DNA of 32,000 bases, taken from Wallemia ichthyophaga EXF-994 (taxonomy: Eukaryota; Fungi; Basidiomycota). The DNA is taken from assembly GCF_000400465.1 (NCBI RefSeq), contig NW_008806281.1, positions 90,001-122,000 of the forward strand, written 5' to 3'. Within the stretch, counting starts at the first letter, position 1; each line of letters starts with the position of its first letter. Below are positions 11,079 through 21,580 of this stretch, piece after piece. The position numbers and the translations under genes were made by a program. The notes beneath the pieces were generated by a model, which was not told the DNA's origin, ran no database searches, and saw only the letters and a program-made list of their open reading frames with translations.

Positions 11079-12522
11079 ATGGGTATTAAAGCACTTGCCA
11101 ACGTAATTTCAGAAGAGTCACCAAAAGCAATAAAGCACACAGATATTAAATCATTATTTGGCAGGAAGGTTGCAATCGATGCTTCCATGTCCATCTACCA
11201 ATTCCTGATAGCAGTTAGGCAGAGAGACGGCGAGCAATTAATGAGCGACACAGGCGAAACTACATCTCATTTAATGGGATTTTTCTACCGTACACTGAGA
11301 ATGGTCGATAATGGTTTAAAACCGTGTTATGTCTTCGATGGTAAACCTCCTGATCTCAAATCGAACGTCTTAAAGTCTCGCTTCGAGAAGAGAGAAGACG
11401 CGACTGAACAAGGTGAAGAAGCTAAAGAGACTGGTGACGCAGAGACTATGGATAGATTATCTAGACGCACTGTAAGAGTAACAAAGGAGCATAACGCTGA
11501 ATGTAGAAAACTGCTCAAACTCATGGGCATTCCTGTGATTGAAGCTCCTTCTGAAGCTGAAGCTCAGTGTGCTGAACTCGTTAGAGGTGGTAAGGTTTGG
11601 GCTGCAGGTAGTGAGGATATGGATACTCTCACTTTCGGCGCACCCATCTTACTCAGACATTTGACTTTCTCTGAGCAAAAGAAAGAACCAATCAGTCACT
11701 ACTATTTCGAAGAAGCCCTCAGTGGATTAGCCATGGAGCGTGAACAATTTACCGACCTCTGTATCTTGTTGGGATGTGATTATCTAGACCCTGTCAAGGG
11801 TGTTGGTCCTTCAACAGCACTCAAGTTAATTAGAGAGCATGGCAGTCTAGATGAGATTGTGCCAATCTGCAGAGCCAATCAAGAGAAGAGGGCTAAGGAA
11901 ATGGAAAAGATCAAAGAGGATGAAGATGAGAAAGAAGAGGAAGAAGAGAAGCTCGAAAGAGAGGAATCGGGTAGTGAGAATGAAGAGTCCACACCAAAGA
12001 AGAAGACCAAGAAGAGAGGTAAACAGCCTAAAACCAAGTCAGGTCCAGTCATACCAGAGTATTGGCCATACGAAAAGGCTCGCGAGCTCTTTTTGAACCC
12101 TAATGTACACAAAGCTGACGAAGTTGAGGTGCGTGTGTATCTTGAACTTAAACTGGCTCTAACGTTTGATCAGCTCAATTGGGAGAGTCCAGATATAGAT
12201 GGACTGATACAATTCTTGTGTCACGAGAAGGGTTTTGCGTGAGTGCAGTTGTAAACCAAACGATATTGAGCTGACATCCCGTTTAGTGAGGACAGAGTCA
12301 GAAAAGGTGCTGACAGATTGAACAAGATGTTAAATACCAAACAACAAGGACGTCTTGACGGATTTTTCTCAGTGATTCCTAAGGTAAGACATCTTGAGTC
12401 TGTGATTCATCACTAACGCCTATTCACAGGCAAACGACGACAAAATGACAGATAAGAAAGGTGGAGGTAAACGCAAGGCAGAAGATGCCAAAGGCAAGGG
12501 CGGCAAAAAATCAAAGAAGTAA
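11079..12522 (+). CDS. FEN1: Flap endonuclease 1 (exons 11079-12128, 12174-12238, 12287-12383, 12430-12522)
   Basis: MGIKAL...[51 protein letters not shown]3TH GVGPSTA, PIP box QGRLDGFF and a basic C-terminal tail. Confidence 0.97.
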
Positions 12523-12565
12523 ACATGTAACTAGTGTAATATTTTGCTTTATTTATTCTTGGTAT

Positions 12566-13630
12566 TTATGGGATGTCAATTCTTCTGCCCTCCTTGGAGG
12601 ATTGATGGGCTAACTCAATCAGTCTGATGGTAAGAGCAGCAGAGTAAGGATCGACAGCAAGCTTCTCAGTTTTGTTGATTGCATTGGCGACATTTCTGTA
12701 GAAATCGATCCAGACACCTTTTACAGTCTCTACAGTTTCAGTCTTGCCATCTGAGTTGGTAAACGTTCCATGGGCATTCTTATCATCAACGCCAAAGTTG
12801 GCATCAAGTGCATTCAGCCCAGCCTTGATTTGTGATTCTTGAACATCAAATCCATACTTGATGAATGAGCCATTTTCACCACTGATCTTAAACCTCAACT
12901 GATCATTGAAGCACGCCAAAACAGAAGCACCGAGTGTGACAATCAGTGGAATCTTGTTTTGGTAATGAAGGTGAACAGTGAAGCTATCATCGACAGATAA
13001 ATCACCTTTCTGGCGACTATTTTGTACGATAGCGCTGATTTGATGAGGTTTACCAAACAGCTTCACAGACTGGTCGATTAAGTGACTACCCAAATCATAC
13101 AGAACACCGGAGCCTGGTACGTTTTCCTCACGCCAACCACCCTTATTTTGTGGACGGTATCTATCGAAACGCGACTCAACTGAGCTAATGTCACCAAGCT
13201 TACCATCCTTGATGAGCTTGCTAGCGGTAAGGAAATCACTGTCGTATCTTCTGTTCTGAAATACACTCAAGATTAAACCTTTTTCAACGGCCAAATCAGC
13301 CAATTCCAATGCTTGCTCTGATGAAGGTGTCAAAGGTTTCTCAACAACCACATTCTTGCCTGCTTTGAGTGCTTCCTTGGTAAGGTTGTAATGGGAAGTG
13401 TTTGAAGTGGTAATAACAATGAGGCTGACGTTAGTGTCTTTGAGGATATCGTTATAATCGTTTATGACGGTAAAAGGCTCTAAGTGCTGCCACTTGCTTC
13501 TCGCAACGCTGTTTTCTTTCGTAGCTCTACGCTCGAGTACATGTGTCAACTTGAAGTCGTCGACTGCGTCTATGAAGGGAATGTGCAAGTCAGATGAATT
13601 TCCAACACCAATTATTGCCACGTTTATCAT
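12566..13630 (-). CDS. Gfo/Idh/MocA family NAD(P)-dependent oxidoreductase (IolW/YdgJ-like), single exon, 354 aa
   Basis: Rossmann start VAIIGVG, then HYNLTKEALKAGKNVVVEKP, VFQNRRYDSDF, GSGVLYDLGSHLIDQ. Confidence 0.92.
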   Translation of the reverse strand: MINVAIIGVGNSSDLHIPFIDAVDDFKLTHVLERRATKENSVARSKWQHLEPFTVINDYNDILKDTNVSLIVITTSNTSHYNLTKEALKAGKNVVVEKPLTPSSEQALELADLAVEKGLILSVFQNRRYDSDFLTASKLIKDGKLGDISSVESRFDRYRPQNKGGWREENVPGSGVLYDLGSHLIDQSVKLFGKPHQISAIVQNSRQKGDLSVDDSFTVHLHYQNKIPLIVTLGASVLACFNDQLRFKISGENGSFIKYGFDVQESQIKAGLNALDANFGVDDKNAHGTFTNSDGKTETVETVKGVWIDFYRNVANAINKTEKLAVDPYSAALTIRLIELAHQSSKEGRRIDIP

Positions 13631-13749
13631 TTTACTTGGTTGTTCGGATACAAAGGCTAAATTGACTGAGTAAAGACTTGTGAGATCACATCATGAGAAC
13701 AGAAAATGATACCATATCGGTAATTGAAACTTGTACATTGTTGAGATAT

Positions 13750-14991
13750 CTAGCTATTTAGCTTGCCCAATTCAGATCCTAGCTTGTAATTGACAACCTT
13801 GTCCCAATCGATCTTCTCCCTAGTGATTGGTAATGCTCTGCGAAGACTTTTGAACAGCTTCTCACTCAATTTATCTTGATAAAGCACATTCAGATGTGCT
13901 TGGTATTGCCTATCAGATTCAATGATTGCCTTGACTAGCTTCTTGGCTTCTTCGGGCGTTGTTGGTGGTCCTTGAAGTGGTGATTTAATTTTTGGCGCGT
14001 GAGATGCTTGTAATTGTACATTTCCGTTTCTGTGGGAATTGTGAGAGTGTGATTAGATCTTTTGTACCACTCACTCAAAGTAATGGATCGAAATGTCGAT
14101 ATTTCCGACTATCTCGTCGCTTGTCAGGTCATACACCCACCTGGCTCTCCATCTGCCAGACCAATAATTTGATTGGTTGAACTTGTTACCAGTGTAGTAT
14201 AAATTGATTTCTGAGATATCCTCTGATTTGGTTTCCTGGGTATTTTGAGCAGCAGGTTCATCAACTGGATTAGGTTGTGCTTCTTCCAATTTGTCTTGAG
14301 ATTCCTTGGGTGATGACTCTTCTTGCTGCTCTGTCTTGCCTGCATCCTGTTGCTCCTCGCTATTTTCCTCATTTTCGGAATCACCCTCTTCTGGCAGCTT
14401 CTCTCCACTCTCGTTTACAGCTTCGTCTGTCTGCTCGACTTGATTCTGCTCTTTTTCCAGTTCCTGCTCTTGTTCCTGTTCCATGTTATCGAGACATTTG
14501 ACGGTAGTATAAACAGCAGCTGTTCCGTTAGAGTAGAACTCTTCAACGTATTCATCTAAAGCGTGTTCGAGGAGGCTGCGAATGTGATTCTGATAGTTAA
14601 GCTGATCGACTGTCTCAACATTCTCGGCCTTAAGATCAAGCTGGTTGAGTTTGTAGACTTTGGATGACTTTGGATCGTAGTATTTATCATGATTTATATG
14701 CGATTGTGGTGTTATCAACGTCTTTGTCGGTGTTAAGGGGATGAACGCGTGCTGAAAGATACGGGACTTACTCTAACGCCATCTAAATCGATAGTATTCA
14801 GTTGCTGCTCGTTAAACTCCTTTAAACAGCCATTCAAATCGTCTTGATCGATCTCTGTCAATACCTTCAAGTCTGCGCGGAAATTAGCATGTGTGATCAG
14901 CCAGGAGATGGAATTTACCTTCCAGCACCTCCTTTAGCTCATTTGGTGGTGATTGTTTTAGTATTTTGCGCACAATTTCCGCTGATGACAT
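13750..14991 (-). CDS. CAP1: F-actin capping protein alpha subunit (exons 14991-14919, 14872-14772, 14721-14075, 14029-13750)
   Basis: SPPNELKEVLEDLKVL, NYWSGRWRARW, IHYFE-NGNVQL and KSLRRALPITREKIDWDKV. Introns of 46, 50 and 45 nt are GT-AG. Confidence 0.93.
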
Positions 14992-15008
14992 GGTTGATCA
15001 ATTCAACC

Positions 15009-15691
15009 ATGTGGGACTACTTCAATCAGATACCTACTGTCTCCAAATTTTGGCTGATTGGAAGTATATGCGTATCTACGCTCGTTCAAGTAAACGTTCT
15101 TAGTCCTCTTAATCTTTATTTCAGCTTTCACTCTGCATTCGTCAACAACCAGGTGAGCTGGTGTTATCTAATCATCATTCATAACGCTCACACCCAAATT
15201 AGCCCTGGAGAGCTCTTACAACGTTTTTTTACTTTGGAGATATCTCTATTGACCTCTTCCTTCACCTATTCTTCTTCATTAGGTATTCAAGAATGCTCGA
15301 GGAAGAGCAATTCTCCTCGAACAAGGCTGAATACGTTTGGAGCTTAATTGTCATGTCTACTCTGCTACTAGGAATATCCCCCCTTATCAACTTGCCTTTC
15401 TTATCAACAGCATTGTCTTCAGCTTTGGTTTACGTTTGGGCGAGAAGTCACCCAAATGCTCAAATTGGTCTCTTAGTATTCATAATTAGAGCCAGCTACC
15501 TCCCTTGGGCTATTGTTATGCTTTCGTGGGCGATTACAGGTAGAGCTTCTGCAGCTAGGACCGAGTTGGCTGGTATAGCAGTAGGTCATGTCTGGCACTT
15601 TTCAAAGTCAATCTGGCCAAAAGAACTCGCTGCGAGAGGCAAACCACTGCTACCAACTCCTAGATTCCTGACAGAGACGTTGAACAGTTAA
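15009..15691 (+). CDS. DER1: Derlin (Der1/Derlin-2-like ERAD membrane protein; exons 15009-15152, 15203-15691)
   Basis: IPTVSKFW, Q-PWRALTTFFYFG, FFIRYSRMLEE, LVYVWARSHP, YLPWAI and GIAVGHVWHF. 50-nt intron at 15153-15202. Confidence 0.92.
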
Positions 15692-15737
15692 TCTCGCATA
15701 GCATTTAATCTTTTGTATTCTAATGTAGCTCATATAT

Positions 15738-17602
15738 TTACATCTTCAACACACTAGTTGTGCTCTTGATTAAATCGATTATGCAGTAGTTGTCGATTGG
15801 TATATACTGATTCGTAATCACTTTGATGATCTCCTGACTGGCTAATCCACCTAGGAAAGCTGCTGTATTTGGTAAATCACTACCACCGCCTCTAACCAAC
15901 TCCAGAAGCGAATCAGAAATGACTTTAGATGGTTCTTTACCACATAAATCTTTCGTAACTTTCTCCAGTTCACTATTCACTCTCATTACGTCATTCTCGA
16001 AATCCTCTAATTTACAGTCTCCTGGTTGCCTTTTGTACTTTTCACTGAATGCGTCTGAGATTATAAAAGCTACGTAAATAGCGTATGCAGATTCCGTGAA
16101 TTCATCACTTATACCACTAGCTATGAGTAGCGTTAGTTTGGAAGCATCACTAAATCTGTCTTCTCACAAATTACGTCGCGTCTTGGCGAAGTGTACTCAT
16201 CTCCGATACTGCTTCCTTTGATAACTTTCAAGAAGGCGGAGTGCTTCGCGAATGCTCCAATCAAATCGTCACTGAAAATGTTGATAGAAACGCTAAATTT
16301 GTCAATAATGCCGATGAGAATGCTTTTCAGCTCTTCGACATCTTCACGTGCTTTGTTCTTGTAGATGGTTTGAAGGTGGACGTAAGTCTGAGTGTCAGTG
16401 TGCAAGTCTGGCAGAGTACCAGGATGAGGCAAGACACCATGCCTGTCACTGAACACCTTCAATGACGCTACCAAAAACCAGAACGGAGATGAGTCTTTTG
16501 AAAGGTTTTTGAGGGAATCGTCTTGATACAGTTCAGCAACTTGGTGCGGTATATCATTACTCTGGAACGCTCTGTATGCTTGCGACTGAGCCTCGTCAAA
16601 ATTTTGCTCATCTACACCTTTCCTACGATGGCTATCCATGACTTTTTTGAATTCTCTCTTCTCAGTGATATTCTTTGGGAGTGCACCGTCGTGGCTCTTT
16701 TTCCACTCATCGAGTTGTTTAATGAGCACGACAATGTATGGTATGTGAGCGTGATCGTTGTCTGAAACCTTATTTAAATCGGTCGACTGCACGAATTTTT
16801 TGAGCTGTTCAAATGGCTTGTTTAAACGCAAGTCTACGATGGCGTCTGGATGAGTGTCTATTATGGTTTGTTCGGGTAGTTGTACGCGCAAAGATGCGTA
16901 AAAACCTGAAGTTTTCATTGAGAACAAAGGAAGATGATTACTCCAAGCCAAATCGGATAACTTTAAAGTGAGATCAGTCTCAGTGTTGTGTAAAATAACG
17001 GCCGAGAAGTTTGTGAAGAAGTCTGGTTGAGTTTCCAACACATGATATGGATTCTTCACCAGCCCTTCGCCCTGTACGCTGTCGTTCATTTCTAACAACA
17101 ATCTAACTGTTTCTGTAGCGCGTGGCTTACCAACAGACTCAGGCTCCAAGAAGAAGTTGTTGCCAATATCTGCGTCTGTGACCAATTGATCGTCCATAAC
17201 GGTGAAATGACCAATGCCTTGGAATTAAGAATGAGACTGCAGATAAGAAAGGCAAGGAGCTAAAACACACCTGGTAAGACTAGGTTCTTCAAAGTTGCGC
17301 TTGATGTGGCTGAACCGTTTATGACTAAAACTCGAGCGTTTTCCAACGCAGATTGGCCAGCGGCTGCCCACAACCTTGATATTCTGTTGATCAGAGCCTA
17401 ATGAAATGATATTACCCACCTCAACTGTCTATCGTAACGTCTAGTTTTACTGAATCGTGTTTAAATTGAGTGTGTGTGGGGATATGGATATGCTTACTGA
17501 TCAGGTCTCTGGCTGTGTGGATTTTGAGTGCGATAAACGATAATAAGCGTCAACTAACTCTGTAACTTTGAATTCTGCTGAAGTTATTTGTTCTAAGTCC
17601 AT
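15738..17602 (-). CDS. ULA1: NEDD8-activating enzyme E1 regulatory subunit (APP-BP1/NAE1; exons 17602-17559, 17512-17498, 17449-17420, 17374-17271, 17217-16168, 16120-15738)
   Basis: KTRRYDRQLR-LWAASGQ-like start (LWAAAGQSALE), LKNLVLP-GIGHFTVMD, GNNFFL, LRLNKPF, HAHIPYIVVL, NFDEA, PGTLPDL, TYVHLQTIY and AAFLGGLASQEIIKVITNQYIP. Confidence 0.93.
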
Positions 17603-17720
17603 CGCAAGTCGCAGTTGTTAAGCAAGAGGAGATGAAATATTAATATAATTTTTGCTCCAGTAGACCCAATTAGATTTAACATTCTTTCTTCATTATCAAC
17701 CTCTATGATCTAATCTCATT

Positions 17721-19835
17721 ATGTCCAGATTAGCTCCTCGATTGCCAATCCCTCCTTTAGAATCAAGCTTAGAAAAATATTTAAAATCTTTGGAACCTTT
17801 TATAGACGACGATAACCACGTCAGGTCTCATCTCCGCGCTATCGCTGACGATTTCAGAGATGGCCTTGGGAAGAAGTTACAGACGAGGCTTAAAGGTGAG
17901 AATTTCCAGCACACAAAATGTCATCTTATATTCCTCAAGACGTTGACAGAGTTTCCCCTACAAATTGGCTCGATGATCGTTGGTGGATTAAACTGGCCTA
18001 TCACACCAATAGGGCTCCCTTGCTCATAAACTCAAATTGGTGGCTCTTATACAAAGATGATCCATCCACCCCCAACGACCTCAAAATGACTAAAGATAGC
18101 CGTGGTTTCACAAATTGGCAGATTCTTAGAGCTGCGTGGCTGACGAGAGGATTGTTGCACATAAAACAGCTCCTCGACAAAGGCGAACAGCTCCCAGACT
18201 TATCTAAAGCTGGTCAGTGTCTTACTCTTCACTGTCTTTGTCTGACCAAGTCATTACAGCTCGATGGTTCGGTCCTCGTGCTAACAAGCTGTTTGGTATG
18301 ACACGCTTACCTCAGTACGACTGTGATCACTTGACACACGTACCCTTGCCCAATCTCACAAAGCACATTGTCGTGTTTGCTAAGAGTCAGGCGTTTAAGG
18401 TGGACGTAATAGATGCAGAAGGTGGTATATTTGGTTGGGATACCATTGCCAAGTCTTTCAGTGGTATTACAGAGAGTCTCAGCAACGATCTCGACTCACC
18501 TGTAGGTGTCATGACGGCGGTTGATAGGGATACATGGACTAGAGTGGGTGATATCGATCATGTCTCATAAATACCCGCTAAACCTTTAACAGAATCGTGA
18601 ACATCTCAAGATAATATCGCAAAAAAATGAGCTTACTTTGTCTGCTATCGAATCAGCACTGTTTACGGTCTGTTTAGACGATTACACTCTCCCTCCTCGC
18701 AGTAAGGAGCAGGACGTGTTAGATGGCCATATGATTAATATAGCTGGTGGAATAAACGGCAAAAATAGATGGTTTGACAAGTCAATGAGTCTTATTGTCG
18801 AAAATAATGGCAGAGCAGGTATGAACGGTGAACACTCATTCGTTGAAGCCCTGGTGCCATCGATAGTAGCTGATTATACGCTTTATGAAGATATGCCAGT
18901 GAATGCTTCAATTGCTTCTCAGCAACAATCTTGTCGCTCTGAAAGGCTTCGGTGGGTTTTAGATGATCACATTATCAGTGAAATCAAGAGTGCAAATTCA
19001 GTAGCTGAGCGTATACTGAATGATTCAGAGCCTTCAGAGTTACTTTTCAGCGAATTCGGTGTGGATTGGATGAAGGAAGTTGGTGAGGTTTCACTTGCTG
19101 TATTGGCATCTTCTCACGAAATCGAAAGCCGGTCTCGCGCCAGATGCGTTCATACAAATGGCGCTGCAATTAGCATGGTTCAAGAACCAAGGATACTTTA
19201 CAGCGACGTATGAGACTGCGTCCACTAGAATTTTCGATAATGGCAGGACAGATACGCTTCGAACTCTAACAAGCGAGTCGAAGCGCTTCGTAAAGACAAT
19301 GATGTCGAAAGATGTCAATGTGAGTAAATAATTGATCATCATCATTTTTCTCACTTAAACTTTATAGGATTCTGCCAAGTACGACAGCTTACTGCAAGCT
19401 ACAAAAACACATGCTAAGAATATGCGGGATGCAACCACCGGCAAGGCTTTTGATAGACACCTGCTGGGATTGAGGATGTTGCTGCGGCCTGGAGAAAGCC
19501 ATGAGTTGTTCGACAACAAGTATAATGCGATGAGCTCGGAATGGAAACTTAGCACAAGTGGACTAAGCGCTGGACCTCGTTTTAATGGAACTGGGTGCGT
19601 TTTTGTTAAGACTTTAACGTAACACTCATAGCGCTGCAGCTTTGGTACTGTCTATCCAGATGGATATGGTATTAATTACATGGCGGGGCCCTCCGAACTT
19701 AAATTTGGTATAGAAAGCAAATTACACTGCTCAGCGACGTCAACGTACGGATTCAAGCGTGATTTGCTTTCGTCTCTCCAAGAAATGCGACACGTTTGTG
19801 AAACACAGCAAAAAACCCTGAAAGCTAGATTATAG
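17721..19835 (+). CDS. Choline/carnitine O-acyltransferase family protein (introns 17896-17939, 18213-18259, 18544-18592, 19083-19128, 19320-19367, 19595-19639)
   Basis: PRLPIPPLESSLEKYL, NWLDDRWW, ESALFTVCLDD, NRWFDKS, GMNGEHS, PDAFIQMALQLA, TYETASTRIFDNGRTD, FDRHLLGL, LSTS and GFGTVYPDGYGINY. Confidence 0.92.
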
Positions 19836-20026
19836 AGTCTCTTATAAAGTATAGTGACCTACTTAAATACTGCTAATTTTTGTAAACTAGTATTCAACAT
19901 TGAATTTTTCGTATGAAGGATATCAAGACATGTTAGTGATATAAAAATAGAAGAGATGAAGACCCCATTTCATAAGTAAGACTTATCTGCCTTATTTAGT
20001 GGTAAATTTAGATAGTTAATTCAATA

Positions 20027-20580
20027 TTAATTCATCTTCAGATGTGCTTCTTCAGGTCTTTGTAACCTTCCACTGCGGGAGTATTCGATACACAGGTCGG
20101 AAAGTTTGAGGTTCGAGAATATTAATGCGTTCTTTTCTAAAAAGAGCATAAAATCATTTATAAAAGAGAAGTTGAATCTAAGTCGCAGAATCTTACTGTT
20201 TCCTCTCGACATTCTCGAAATTGACCATCTGTAAAGAGTTTCTTCGGTGGGCTCTTCAAATTTTGGATACTCTGAATTGGGAATCATGCGATGAAAAAAT
20301 CAGCGGTTTTGGGGCTTTACAACGCAAAGTGCCAGTGATTGTTGACGAAATAAGGCTGCCTTAGTGGCATACCAGTTAAGTGCGCGGAATTGTGAAGACT
20401 TGTATCAACAATTTCATGGGTTATTTCAGCCGCCAATGTCGCTATTTTTATGAAGGCACAGTGATCAAAGTCATGAATGGTATGAGGCACAAACAGGTGA
20501 TACTTTATTTTATCGGAATGTACCGGGAAAAGGAAAAGTAGAACAATTAAGTTATCCAAGTAGACAGAAAGCGTCTGCAT
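20027..20580 (-). CDS. Speculative 150-aa orphan protein (exons 20580-20373, 20271-20027)
   Basis: Two minus-strand ORFs join in frame via GTATG...TTCAG (101 nt, long for this genome). A competing plus-strand model exists. No homology recognised. Confidence 0.25.
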
Positions 20581-20687
20581 CACTGCTTCAAAGCCTCCAT
20601 CATGGCTACTAGATAGACAAAGAGAATTAAAAAACCTCGAAACGCACGCGAATGATGAAATGATAATGTAATCCACTAATACACCAA

Positions 20688-21548
20688 TTACTCTTCTTCC
20701 TCGCCGACCCTGTACGCAACAAGAGCTTCCACCTTGTGCACCGAGGTATCGAAAGAACGCAACCTGACTTGCTCCGTTTTATCTGATTGGATGAGATGTG
20801 GGTCTGCATCCACCCAGGAATCAGAAACTTGCATAGTCTTTGCTTCTTCGGTATCGGATGTATAGATGAGAATATTGAACGCACAAGGCTCATCGATCAT
20901 AGGAAGGAAAGTGACTGATGCTGTTATTTGACGAATGATGGCTTGTATTTCGCTGTGGATTTCTTTTTCTGTCTTTGGTTTGTTTTGTTTTTCGCTGTTT
21001 TGGCTGCTTTCACTATTTCTTTTGTCAGGAATAATATAATTCGCGCTTAAAAGCACCACTCACTCTGAGGCTGTGTTCTGTATGTCAAATTGCCATCTCT
21101 CTAACGTTTCCCTCGATTCCTTGCTCACAATCGCCAAAACTAATTTGCTTACTTGATTACCTAGGAGCCATTCACTCAATTGAGAAATAACTTTGCTGAT
21201 GTAAGTTTTCAATCCGTCATCGTTTGTTACTAGCATGTTTAATCCATACTTCTTCACCATCGAGAAGTCTTCTGGCTAGCAGTTGAGTTAGAATGGGCAG
21301 TGAGCGTACAATAGCCACACTAACAGGGTATACAGCTCTTTGGAATAATATACTTTCGCGTTTTGTTAGAATTTGACGCGTTAAATTGGTATACTATCTG
21401 CGCACCTGTTCACAGCATACTAAAAGCCCATTCAGCTAAATCCTATTTAACAGACTAGGAAACTTACACTGAAGAATTCTGTAACAATTTTAGTTGATCC
21501 CTTCAAATTTATCGTCGAACGCGTTGGTGCTGCTTGAGCTGTAGCCAT
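20688..21548 (-). CDS. MAD2: Spindle assembly checkpoint HORMA protein Mad2 (exons 21548-21468, 21419-21406, 21352-21325, 21275-21064, 21018-20688)
   Basis: [64 protein letters not shown] and VRLRSFDTSVHKV. Four GT-AG introns of 45-53 nt. Confidence 0.95.
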
Positions 21549-21580
21549 GGTGAGTGGTGGTGATAAAGAGAACAACGCGT
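21354..21580. promoter_or_regulatory. Cluster of MCB-like elements (ACGCGT x3, ACGCGAAA x1) around the MAD2/BET4 start
   Basis: ACGCGT at 21376-21381, 21519-21524 and 21575-21580; ACGCGAAA on the minus strand at 21361-21354. Confidence 0.4.

Noticed and set aside
14844-15008. Longer N-terminus for derlin from the TTG at 14844
   Set aside because: It is antisense to CAP1 exon 1 and intron 1, uses a non-ATG start, and derlin homology begins at ATG 15009.
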